A DNA stretch of 64,000 nt. Origin: Asterias rubens (taxonomy: Eukaryota). Every line of letters begins with the position of its first letter. Position 1 is the stretch's first letter. Positions 36,128 through 48,408 of this stretch are shown here, in pieces. The notes under the pieces were generated by a model, which searched no databases, was not told where the DNA came from, and worked only from the letters and a program-made list of their open reading frames with translations. Both the position numbers and the translations under genes were made by a program. The DNA is taken from positions 12,028,001 to 12,092,000 of the forward strand of contig NC_047067.1 of the NCBI RefSeq assembly GCF_902459465.1. The letters run 5' to 3'.

Positions 36128-37984
36128 GTAATGATTAGCTGATCGGAGTATATGAATACCAGCAACAAAAAACTAGTGTTGTCAGACACATTGAAACGCA
36201 TATAATGAACCCCGAGAATAACAGACATGAAGTAACAATAATGTGTTCACATTAAATCAAGAAAGCAGTTCAGATTAGCGGTTGATCTCTCGTAGGGACA
36301 TAGAACATTTAGAAACAAAAAATTGTAAAACTACTTGCCCGAGATCAATATCATTAACCACATTTTTTAAAACGATTTTTTTTAAAGCAACTGCAGAACA
36401 CGGATGAGGCGCTGCCGTTTCTTGTGGATTTTTTAAATCTTTTTAAAATTTAACTTTAAAGCCATTGGACACTTTCGGTGAACAGTATTGTCCAAAAGCC
36501 CACACTTCGTGTATCACAACTTATACATATAAAATCGGTCATCGGAGTCGGGAGAAAATAACGGGAAAACCCACCCTTGTTTCCGCACGTTTCGCCGTGT
36601 CATGACATGTGTTTAAAATAAATCCGTAATTCTCGATATCTAGAATTGATAATTTTTTAAAAATTTTTTCTCAAAAAGTAAAGCATTTCATGGGATAATA
36701 TTTCAAGAGAATTCTTTCACCATTACCTTCTGTAAATCTGTGAATTTGTTTTGTTTTTCTGTTCTGAAAGTGTCCAATGGCTTTAACGGTTTAGTGTACC
36801 ATTCATTGTACCACTCGTTTAAATGACATTGAGTCTTTATTAAAAAAAAGAAAATCAAATCTTTTCAATTTGGGGATTTAGAATCTTCTAAAAATACTCT
36901 GAAATTGTTTGCCAACATTTCTGTAACATTAATTTTTAAAACAAACAAAAACAATTGTAAATATTGACATGCAAAATTACCTTGAAAAAAAAAACAACAC
37001 AATATTTTCTATTTTGTGATTTTGATCTCTCAAAATAATTTTTTACTGAATTATTATTATCTGCAATAAAAAATCAAACACCTCAAATTTTAAATAATTA
37101 CATATAGCTGCTGTTTTAAGGCATTTTATATTTAGTACACTGATTAAATTTAAATTTGAAGTTATTTTGATGAGTCTTGATGATGGGAATCGATGCTTTA
37201 TTATTATTATTATTATTTATTAGTATTATTATGATGGTCTTTGTGGCTCTATAAAAGGAAGAACAAAAAGTCTGTGGTTCAAAATCACGATCTGCACGTG
37301 CTAATTAATATTGTATTAAGTCACTGTCTACAACCATGGGTCTGAAGAAGAACTTTTATCTGTTTATAGTCATTATAGAACAATACGAGTTAATACAGTA
37401 CCGTGGCTGAAGAGCCAGTATTTTTTTTCAGTATTCAGCTCCATAAATATAGCATATCATTCATATCAGCATATATAGCATATCATTTTTATTTTTTTTT
37501 TTTTTGGGGGGGGGGTAATATATCGCACTTTTTCATAGTGCAGGTTTGTGGCTCTAACGGAAAAACAAGTCTGCGGTTCAAAATCACCATCTGCATGTTC
37601 TAATTTGTGTATGTCTACACCATCGAAGAAGAATCTTTCCCTGTATTCTGGGCCTATAGAACAAGAATAGTTAACACAGTTTACTACTGTATTGCACTAG
37701 GGCCAGTTATAGTTGCCTAGCATTCAACTCCATGTCATACATTGAACAGGTTCATTTTGACCAAGTTCGGTAATACGATATAACACATTTTCTTCAAAAT
37801 AATTAAAAATCAAAATGTTTAAGCTTAGAAGAAAAAAAAAATGTTCGTAAAATTTTGAGCATGTTTTTCCACAACTTGGAGAATAAAATGGTAAAAGACC
37901 GTTTTTTTTTGCTTTAAAATTCTGTTTCGAAAGCAGTTTTTTGGACTAAAAAAGAAAATATGTGCAAGTACTGAACACTAAGTA

Positions 37985-38200
37985 CTTTCCCGAGTTCTGT
38001 GACAAAATAACCGGCATATTACTCGGGTGGGACTCGAACCCACGACCTTTGCCAATCTAGAGCAAATGTCCCATCAACTAGACTACCGAGATTGCCCGGT
38101 AGATAGTGGCAGTTCGAACCCATGTTTAGCAGCGGGTATTGCAACGACTTTCGAATCCCATTGCTAGCGAGTAATATGATTTTGTTAACAGGACTCGAGA
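37985..38200 (-). mobile_element. tRNA-derived SINE (double B-box type)
   Basis: Minus strand has GGTTCGAACTGCC, then A-box TAGTCTAGTTGATGG, then GGTTCGAGTCCC. Confidence 0.6.
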
Positions 38201-38719
38201 AAGTACTGACGGAGTTCTTTACAAAAAAGGACAAAAAACAAGTATAGATGTTAGTTTGTAAAAATTATCATACTTCATGATTTAAAATTTTTAATGCTAG
38301 AAATATTTTTAACTTTTCAAAAATTACGCCATAGCTGTTAGCTCAGAAGTAGTAATAATTATACAATTTATTCGATTTTTGGTTTCATTATTGGAGACAA
38401 GATATTGAGACGTACGTAAGAAATATAATAAATCTTCTTAATGTCTGTTTTCTTATTCTGCTCCTGTATTTTCACTTTACTTTGAAACATAAATTACATT
38501 GAGGTAGTCGAAGACTAATTCTTAGAAAACCTGCGTGAATCCGTATGATGTTTTTGACCCAAATTTGATAAAAATGCAGGACGGAATTTATTTTTCACTT
38601 TTGCCCAAACTTGACAAAGTGTGGAGAGGGGGGGGGGGTATAGTTTTGGGCCTCAATTTCATAACAGTTTTTGAACCGTACCTATTTTCCCTTTATTATT
38701 AAAAGATTGGTTGGCAGTT

Positions 38720-39492
38720 TAAAGTGACACATTGCCTTGAATCAGGCGAGTTGGTCTATGAAAAGCGTTTCAAACCGTTTGTTGTAAAATGCACACGGTT
38801 AGAAAGACGTTTAAAAGTAGAATATAACGATCCACACAATTAATATGACTCTAAATGGGCCATATTTTTGACCGCGTGAGGGCGCTCTCAATCACTTCCG
38901 GGGGTATATTCATTCATACCCAAAACAATTTTTAAAGATTGGAACACATTATAACCACAGACATCTAATCCATCACAGACAATAAGACTTTTAAAGGAGC
39001 CGTTATAATCCACCTCTAAAGCAAATTGAAACTACGGCGCAACAAAAGTGACTAAACGCCTATTAATTTGTGCAGGGCGAATCGCGTGTACCCCCGGAAG
39101 TGATCAAAATACTATTTATAGCGCCCTCGCGCGGTCAAAAATAAGGGGCATTGCATGGTTTTCATTATACGTCTTGTACTAAACGCAGTCGGACATTTTG
39201 TGGAGTCAAGTTTTTGACTCCATAAAATGGCCGACCGTGTTTAGTCCGCAAATTAAAAGGGGAAACACGCAATTTCGAGGCATGTTTGTTCGGATTATTA
39301 TATTCTACTTTTAAAACATCTTTCTAAAAATATCGAATTCACAAAAAGGTCGTTGGTTCGAATTCCACTCTAGTCCATTCTTTGTTCAACCCCAAAAATC
39401 ATTTAAAAGTTTACCCAGTCAGTTTCCCTTATGAAAAAAAGTACGCTTTTCATTGACCAACTCGACTGATTAAAGGCAACGTGTCCCTTTAA
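38720..39492. mobile_element. Family C MITE with nested insertions (TIR element at ~38860-39148; SINE fragment at ~39350-39440)
   Basis: Inner TIR ATTTTTGACCGCG.GAGGGCGCT...AGCGCCCTCGCGCGGTCAAAAAT. Confidence 0.7.
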
Positions 39493-40288
39493 CGGCTACG
39501 TTATAATGTTCTAGTGCCCTTTTTGTGGACATATAGTTTATATAGCTCTATGAGTTTATCTCAACTAACGTTGCTTCGGTTGGTCAAACTAGCATTGTTT
39601 TGATTGGCGACGTTCATTAATTTTGTTGCCTATATGTCAACTCGAATTACTTGATAGGAAAAATCTGAATCACACAGACATCGGTTTGTTTCGACCATAG
39701 AATTTTATTTCTATGGTTTCGATCCAGATTTGTGGACTTGCCCAGTGCTTTCGAGTCGGCCTCCAAAAAAGTCAATGTAGCGCCCTCTACCAGTGACATA
39801 TAATAAAAACACAGGTTCGCAAATAAAGACCAACTAGAACAAGGTTAAATTTCAATTCCAATGTATTTTATTCCACACAGTGATCCACGTAATACTTTGC
39901 TTAAACATCTCAATCGTCATTGTTAAGCATGAGCAGATTTGTATTCCTTAGGATTGAAACTTCCCATACATTAAGACTTGACCCCTACTGACCAACCAGT
40001 CCACTTGTAAGCGTTGCAACGGAATGGTAAACTGCAATAGTGTAATGTTATTATCCTTTCTTCATCTCAACATTCCCGTCGTTGTGCCGTCGGGGCTCAT
40101 TTGTAGTACTTCCTCATAATGGTTTACCCGGTGTATATCAAAGTTCATTATTACTGACACCACACACTCTGCCACCATATCGGCCATGGTATACTCTTTG
40201 TCTTGATTGTCTTGCAAGTGTCTGTGAAACGCAGATTTCAACGGCTCCGATTGCACTGGGACGACGGTAGCGTCTGACCCCACACATA

Positions 40289-41449
40289 AGCCCTTTTCAC
40301 ACTACAGAGCCATTTCCCGGGAAATAAACTTCCGGGAAAATCCCGGGAGTTTTTAACCCCACCGCCACCCCAGCAACCGTTCTCACTATCCCAATTTAGT
40401 AACTCCCGGGAGTACTATTTCCCAGGAATATGCACGGGTCGTTTCACTGAATAGGCTTTAGCCCTATATTGGCTAGCATTTTTTCATGGCTTCATAAAGA
40501 CTTTTAAATGTATGTTTCTTTAAAAAAAAAATTGCAGGAGAACACTTATGCAATAGAAAATATTTAGGGCTTGAAAAACAAAACTATTATACTACCTACC
40601 TATAGTCTTTTTTTCCCAAGGTTTTCAGTTTTTGTCTGCAATGGGCAGGGGTCCGTTCATATCCAGCTTCACGCAGGCAGAAAACTTTCCCGTTTCTTGT
40701 AGGCCTTTTAAGGCCTACAAGAAACGGGAAAGTTTTCATCTAGCTGTTTTTGGACTGCATCGTCGGCCAAAAATGCAACTAGTTTCAAAATTTCATCATC
40801 ACTCCATCGGTCACTTCTACCCATCGTAAGAAATTGAGCAACAGATTGAACTAAAATATTTACTGTCAGGTGGTAGACAGCAATGTCGATCGAAGAACTC
40901 AAATCTGACTCTGGACAACAAAAGTCCATCAACGGCCAAGTATACATGCATTAAGAAATACCATACACACATGGCGCGTGTGGACGAGAAGGAAGCTTGT
41001 TCACGCCAACTATTTATTCTATTCCTATTCCATTCACGGGGTCTTTTTTTAAAATTCATATAATTTATTTGTAAATTACAGATGTAATTCACTTTTATTT
41101 TCGTACCTAAACGTAAACACTTTCAGAAGGAGAAAACAAAAAAGGGCTATTGTTACCACGCGAATTATTTGGCGCGCTATTTTGACGTCTGTGACCTTTC
41201 GAGATTAATGACGTCTCAACACAGTAGAAGCAAAAGGTGGGGTAAGTTAAACCCGCTTCCGTTCTCACTAGCTGCTTTTCCCGGGAAAAACGTTTTTTCC
41301 CCAAGGTTAACTCCTTTAACCCTACCCCTTAACTGGGTAAATTATTTCCCGGGAAAATGTTATTTCCCAGGAAATGTTTTGTAGTGTGAACAGATCGACT
41401 AACATTTCCCGGGAATTTCCCGGGAAATACTTGTAGTGTGAAAAGGGCT
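40289..41449 (-). mobile_element. Internally deleted PIF/Harbinger element with a Myb/SANT (trihelix) gene remnant
   Basis: Perfect 18-bp TIR AGCCCTTTTCACACTACA, 3-bp TSD ATA and many subterminal TTCCCGGGAA motifs. Minus strand 40824-40600 reads MGRSDRWSDDEILKLVAFLADDAVQKQLD / TRNGKVF.LREAGYERTPAHCRQKLKTL. Confidence 0.85.
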
Positions 41450-41806
41450 ATACTCTTCTAAAAAACTCTCGGTCAGAGATAACCGGATTACGGGTCCGAG
41501 GGGGGACCTGGCCCATCTCTAGGCCAGGCTGACCCGAAAACTGGTCATAACTTGGACTTTGACGGATTTTGCGTCAGTTTGATACATTCCTGAGTCTTTT
41601 TGACTCATATTCCGGGTAGAACACGGACGCATAAATGGATAAGGACCCCATCATGTTTAGAGTGTACGGCAAAAGTATAAGACTCTGCAAGAAAGTTTCA
41701 CGGCATGATCATTCTGAATATTTATAGCCTAAATAAACATCTAACGTCACACTTCGAGGCTCGTGAATTACGTCAGAGGTTCTGCCGCAGTTGAGCCCAC
41801 GTACAT

Positions 41807-42292
41807 TTGGTGCGTTCGTTTAGCTTCCCTGGGTCGACCCGGTCTGCCCCCGGTGCGTTCAAATAGCTTTGACGTCATTCCTGGGGCTCACCCGGGCCAG
41901 CTCACATCAGTGCCCTGCTTGCGGAGTGGGTCACTCGGGGTGACCCAAGGTGCATGACGTTACCACGAGAGGGCGAGTGTGATCGTTCGATGAGCTCTTG
42001 TCAGATCAGGGGCCAATTTCATAGAGCTGCTTTTAAGCAAAAAAATTGCTTAACCACGAAAATAGCTCGCTTGTTTTACACATGTTACTGGCCAAAATGT
42101 CATGCCATATACATTGCATGTGATTGGTATTTAGCTGTTGTTTACTTAGCATAACAATTGAGTTGAGCCTTGGCCGGTAATCTGATTTTACAAAGGAAGG
42201 ATTTTGTTGCTTAAGCAGCTCTATGAAATTGGGCCCAGGGGCTCACCCAAGTGAGCACCCCGAGGTCGACAAGGAAGCTAATCGAACGCAAT
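41807..42292. mobile_element. MITE (TIR GTGCGTTCGTTTAGCTTCC) containing a nested family D MITE at 42010-42235
   Basis: Ends GGAAGCTAATCGAACGCA; nested copy has TSD CAG. An inverted relative lies at ~63415-63785. Confidence 0.75.
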
Positions 42293-42549
42293 TACAGTTG
42301 ACCGTGTATCATTTCACAAGGCCTCCATGAGATTCCTGATCCAATACCTGTCCTTATCCTTGTGGATAATGACAGGGGACTTGTCTATCTGAGTAACTCT
42401 CTAGCACACAGTGGCGTCATTCCACATGGTCTGCTGTTACATGCGCGTTTGAACCACCATAGTTTTGACTCGTGGTGATCCCAGCTGCGTCGCGTTCTTT
42501 TAAAGCACATGATGCGTCTCTTTGAGGTGAGACCGAATCCGGGCTGGGC

Positions 42550-42584
42550 CTAGATGAACACTGGACATGACATGCTGAACACAT
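42550..42584 (-). CDS. LURAP/FAM89-like gene, putative terminal coding exon 3
   Basis: Acceptor TCTTGTTTTCTCAACAG|AT; phase 1 gives DVFSMSCPVFI*. Confidence 0.55.
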
Positions 42585-43119
42585 CTGTTGAGAAAACAAG
42601 ATCGTTTTATCACAATGCTGCGACTTTAAGTTAAGAGAAAACAAATATATTTGCCGGAACTCACTTTGGCCCATACATAACGTTGTTAGGGGCGTTCTGT
42701 TCTGTATCATATTTGAAACCATAAAATCACCCTAAAACATGACTAAAAATCTTGACTCAAAAGAGGGCGCTATCAGAAGAAATGTGCACGCAGTTCATCA
42801 TACGTGGGGGGGGGGGGGGGGGGGCAGGGGGGCAGATTCTCCGGCCACATCGGCCATTAAAATAACAATTGTTACATTTGGAAAAGTTAGTCCCCCCCCA
42901 CACAGATCTGAAAGAGGGAAAATAACCAAGTGGTACCGTCGTTTTTGAATTGTCCAATAATTTTAAATTAGGGCCCTTTAGCGTCATTTTAATTAAGTCA
43001 GATGCTAAATGGACTTTGGGGGGGGGGGGGGGGCGCAAACACGCATGCATTTACAAGTCCCCCATCTCTTGACCGTGTTATTAACAAACATAGATGAATC
43101 AGTAGAGGGCGCTACTCAC

Positions 43120-43408
43120 CTTCCACCTCAGTTTCATCAAAATCGAGGCTGCCGAGGCTGACGTCACCGAATAGAGCCTCCGGGTCACTGCCCCTACGTC
43201 GCCTTATCGGCGACAACCGACTGACAACGTCCCGGATGTCCAAGTGCCCGGATTGAACTAGGAGGTCGGGAACCTCGTCCGGCATTATGGATGCCTTGTG
43301 TTGGTTGCTAGGCGACCGGTCCTGAGCGTTGCCGTAGAGATCGCTGATCATGCCGTAGATGCGTAGAAGCTGCCGTAGCAAAGACTGGTCCTGCATCCGC
43401 ATCGCTTT
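43120..43408 (-). CDS. LURAP/FAM89-like gene, exon 2
   Basis: TTCAG|AAA GCG ATG ... GAA G|GTGAGT; KAMRMQDQSLLRQLLRIYGMISDL; GC-rich relative to the flanks. Confidence 0.85.
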
Positions 43409-43517
43409 CTGAATATGGAGAGGAAGAAAAAATATTCACAAAATTATCACAATTGTCACGATCTTGTTCCCGTTTGTGGATGATAAAGTGAATAATCATC
43501 AGCGAGTCCTCTGATGT

Positions 43518-46500
43518 TTAAAGGCATGTACACTATCTGTAACTACTCAAAAATATTGTTAGCATACAAACTTACTTGGTAATGAGCAATGGAGAGCTGT
43601 TGAGAGTATAAAACACTGTGAGAAACGGCTCACTCTGAAGTAATTCAGTTTTTTTTTTCAAAAGATGTAATTTCCCACTCAAATATTTAAATAAATCAGC
43701 CCTTAAGCCTTCCATTCGGCGTCTGAAAGCACACAAATTAGGTTGCTTTTCCTTTCAATATTATGCAACTTGTTTATGAGATTGACAATTACAAAACGTC
43801 CTCAGTGCCTTTAAAGCCATGTGAGAATCACGGTTCTACGAGGAGCTGGCGAGGGTTGGATGTTAGGAAACCTCTTGACGGTGCTCCACGTCGCAGCCCG
43901 GAGTGCAACTGAGCTTTAGGTCTACATCTTGGTTTTATGATGAGTGTTATATTACCTCAGTAGTTTAGTCGCCACCGTCAAGAGGGAAGGGAAATTCTCA
44001 CATGGCGACTACAGTCTAGTTATTGACCCACAAACTTGTGTTGTTATGAATCCACAGTGGATCAGTGATTGCAAACTGTGATCGATGCACAACCGCTCAT
44101 TCTATTCACTTAGGACCACGGTTATAAAGCATTTTTTATTTTAAACAATACAAACAATTGTTGTTGTTAATTACTTCAACTAATATTTAAATACAAGTTA
44201 ATAAATAAAATAATATTACACATCAGAGCATGTTTATCTGATGTTTTTTGTCTTATGGGGGGGGGGGGCTCCGCATTTATTGTTTAAAGGCAGTGGACAC
44301 TATTGGTAATTACTCAAAATAATTATTGGCATAAAACCTTACTTGGTGACGAGTAATGGGTGGAGGTTGATGGTATAAAACATTGTGAGAAACGGCTCCC
44401 TCTGAAGTGCCATAGTTTTCTAGAAAGAAGTAATTTCCACGAATTTGATTTCGAGACCTCAAATTTAGAACTTGAGGTCTCGAAATCAACCATCTAAACG
44501 CACACAACTTCGTGTGACAAGGGTGTTTTTTCTTTCATTATTATCTCGCAAGTTCGATGACCGATTGAGCTCAAATTTTCACAGGTTTGTTATTTTATGC
44601 ATATGTTGAGATACACAAACTGTAAAGGCTAGTCTTTGACAATTACCAATAGTGTCCACTGCCTTTAAACACGCACCCAAGATCGAGCACACTGTTCAAG
44701 ATTTAATGAGGTCGTGGGTTCATATCCCATCAGGAGTAGTCTCACATGCGTTTAATCTGAACACACGCTACCCCACCGACAATCACATTTATTATAGCCG
44801 CTATGTATACTTTCGTAATTTTAATTTATTTCTTGGGAGTTTGTGGGGATTTTATGTTATTATATTTATGTTCAAATTCCTGTTTGACTGACTAATGGGC
44901 AAATAAACACTTCAAGTTTATTATCTTCAAGTCCAAAACAAACACACAGCAAGAAGAAGGGTTAAGGGTCAATTGCGAACATTTAACAACTCTTTATCTT
45001 TTGACATGTACTAGCTGTATGTCGTAAACCTTTAAAAGGGATTCTAAAACAAGGATGTATGTACACACACTGTAAAGAAATACATTGAGAACTTAGTAGA
45101 CGATATTGAATACAAATAAATAATACATAAAACAGTAGAATAAACAAAAATAAGCATTCCTAACTACACAAGCAATACAAATGATACGTTTATTAATAGT
45201 ATTTTGATATTATTTTGTTTCATTATGATGTGAACAGGTGATCTCTTTGAAAACCAGCACAACAATGATTTGCTCTTTTAATCTAAACCTACCCCTCTCT
45301 CATCACGTGTATTTCCGTCATTTACTTTTACTCATTAAACAAACGGGTGACCATTACTTTAATTGATAAGTGTATAATGTATCTCAATACGTCAATCGGG
45401 AGTACGTTCACAACGCATTCCTTACGGCCTTGTAAATACAGCACCATTCATGTATAATTACAATGGACTTCCTGTACGCATTTCCTTTGCTCGCTAACAC
45501 ATACAGACATATATCCATTTAAATTATTCATAAAACAAAAAGTGATTACATATTATGAAAGCAAAACTGTTTACATAAATGAGAGTGGATGTTCTTGAGT
45601 AAGTATCTGTTCTCACGCTCAAAACTGGATCGGGCAAACCAGGAAACCATTAAGTAACATTCAAATGTATTGCACAAGATTGCTAAATGATGAAAAACAT
45701 CATCATTAGGTTTTTAGGATGAAAGCTAACTAATTATACAGTTCACACCAGTACAAATTTTCTTGTGAAAACAAGTTCCTTTTGAAACGAAGTAATTAAG
45801 AAATCTGCAGCTGAGATCCTTAAAGGCAGTGGACACTATTTGTAACTGTCAAAGACTAGCCTTCATAGTTGGTGTATCTCAACATATACATAAAATAACA
45901 AACTTGTGAAAATTTTAGCTCAATCGGTCATCGAACTTGCGAGATATGAATGAAAGAAAAAACACCCTTGTCACACGAAGGTGTGTGCGTTTAGACGGTT
46001 GATTTCGAGACCTCAAGTTCTAAAACTGAGGTCTCGAAATCAAATTCGTGGAAAATTACTTCTTTCTCGAAAACTATGGCATTTCAAAGGGAGCCGTTTC
46101 TCACAATGTTTTATATCATATCAACCTCTCCCCATTACTCGTCACCAAGTAAGGTTTTATGCTAATAATTATTTTGAGTAATTACCAATAGTGTCCACTG
46201 CCTTTAATAAAAAATAACGGCAACAGCTGATTTCGCTTGGAATGGTACAACCAACAACAAGGACAGTACAAGATTAAAGGCACTGGATACCTTTGGTAAT
46301 TGTCAAAGATCAGTATTCTCACTTGGTGTATCTCAACATATGCGTAAAATAACAAATCTGCGAAACTTTCGCCTCATTTCTCTTCGAAGTTGCCAAAGAA
46401 TAAATGAAAGGAAAAACACCGTTATTGCACATAATTATTCGAGTGTGCTTTCAGAATCCTAAAAATCGAAAGAGAAAAAACTTCTTTCTCAAAAACTACG

Positions 46501-48110
46501 TTACTTCAGAGGGAGCGGTTTCTCGCAATGTGTTGTACTATCAGCACCTCTCCACTGCTCGTTACCAAGTATTTTTTTATGCTAACAATTATTTTGAGTG
46601 ATTACCAATAGTGTCCAATGTCCAAAGCATGCGGATGCAATACGTTCAAACTCAAAATCACTGTGACGTTTTTAGTTACAAGGCTGGAATGACTCATTGT
46701 CTAACTATCCGACTAAACTATCGGGTTTAAGTTACGGGTATATAAAATAATCCAACATGTGCAGTATTTACAGTAGGTGCATTTTAAAGGCACTGGACAC
46801 ATTTGGTAATTGCCAAAGACCAACCTTCTCAGTTGGGGCATCTCAACATGTACATGTACATAACGAAACCTGTAAATTTTTTAACTCAATCGGTGCCAGT
46901 TGCAAGAGATTAGTTTAAAAAAAAAACACCTTTGTCGCACAAGTTGTGAATTGCTTTCAGATGCTTGAATTTGAGACCTCGGCTGAGGTCTCGAATTCAA
47001 TTCAAATATTTTAGTGAGAAATACATTCTTTCTCAAAAACTACGTTTCTTACGATGTCACCATCAACAGCTCTATATTGCTTGTTACCAAGTGAGTTTTT
47101 ATGCAAACAATTATTGTTCTGAGTAATTACCAATATAGTCCAGTGCCTTTAAAGGCAGTGGACACTATTGGTAATTACTCAAAACAATTATTAGCATAAA
47201 ACCATACTTAGTAATGAGTAATGGGGAGAGGTTTAAAACATTGTGAGAAACGGTTCCCTCTGAAGTGACGTAGTTTTCGAGAAAGAAGTAATTTTCCACG
47301 AATTTGATTTCGAGACCTCAAGTTTAGAATTTGAGGGAGGTCTCGAATTTGAGGTCTCGAAATCAAGCATCTGAAAGCACACAACTTCGTGTGACAAGGG
47401 TGTTTTTTCTTTCATTATTATCTCGCAACTTCGATGACCAATTGAGCCCAAATTTTCACAGGTTCGTTATTTTATGCATATGTTAAGATTTACACCAAGT
47501 GAGAAGACTTGTCTTTGACAATTACCAAACGTGTACCTTCCCTTTAACACTATACCAGCATGTATGGAGCATCTGCTTTACTATAGACGAGTTGTACTAC
47601 GGTGACCCCGAAAAACCTTGGAGATTGTCATTGTCTCTCATCTTGCTAATTAAACAATGCAAATATGCAGAGGCATTGTTGCGGAATGAGTAATGCTAAA
47701 TAACCATGCCATAAAGTGGTTGTAAATATCATAAATAAAGCAGGAATTCTTAATGACGATTAAAGGCACATATTTAGTAATTACTAAAAAATAATTGTTA
47801 GCATAAAAACTTACATGTTTACGAGCAATGGAGAGTTGTTCTACTTCCTACTACATTCTACTACCTCCATGCTCTATCTAAAGTAACAACGTTTTAGGGA
47901 CGGAGTTAATCTCCTCTCAGATATGGACAAACCTTTTATTAGGCATATGAAAGCACAAACATTTGTGCAGCAAGTGTGTTTTTTCTTTCGTTGTTGTCTT
48001 AGCAACTGCAATGGCCAATAAGTCCAAATTTTCACAGGTTTGTTCTTTATGCATGAAATACACCAAGTTAGAATACTGGTCTTTGGCAAATACCAAGTGT
48101 TCAGTGCCTT
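43518..48110. mobile_element. Cluster of seven family A MITEs in intron 1 (43518-43814, 44288-44664, 45824-46203, 46278-46620, 46788-47148, 47153-47543, 47762-48110)
   Basis: TTAA|AGGCAGTGGACAC...GTGTCCACTGCCT|TTAA termini and shared interior; both orientations present. Confidence 0.85.
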
Positions 48111-48165
48111 TAATTCAAAATAGACAAGATAATTTCAAAGAAGATTAAAAATTAAGTGTATTTAC

Positions 48166-48408
48166 CAATTCCCTCCTTAGCATCCTCAGTTGACAGTTCA
48201 CCCTCTCCTCTGAGTTTTGGCACCTCTCAGCCAAGGTGTCACTCTCATGTCTTAGGTCCTCCCCAGTGGTGATCGATGGGTTGGGGCTGATCCTACTTGT
48301 TGCAGCACCCCACACCCCTTTACGTGGATGAGGCAAGGTCGCGGAATACCTGATGGGTGGTATGGCATCCATCCTCGAGCCGTGTTGTTCCTTCTCGATG
48401 TGGTTCAT
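48166..48408 (-). CDS. LURAP/FAM89-like gene, exon 1
   Basis: ORF ends ERVNCQLRMLRREL|GTAAAT (phase 0) and joins exon 2 to give LRMLRRELKAMRMQDQSLLRQLLRI, the LURAP-domain pattern. Confidence 0.8.
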
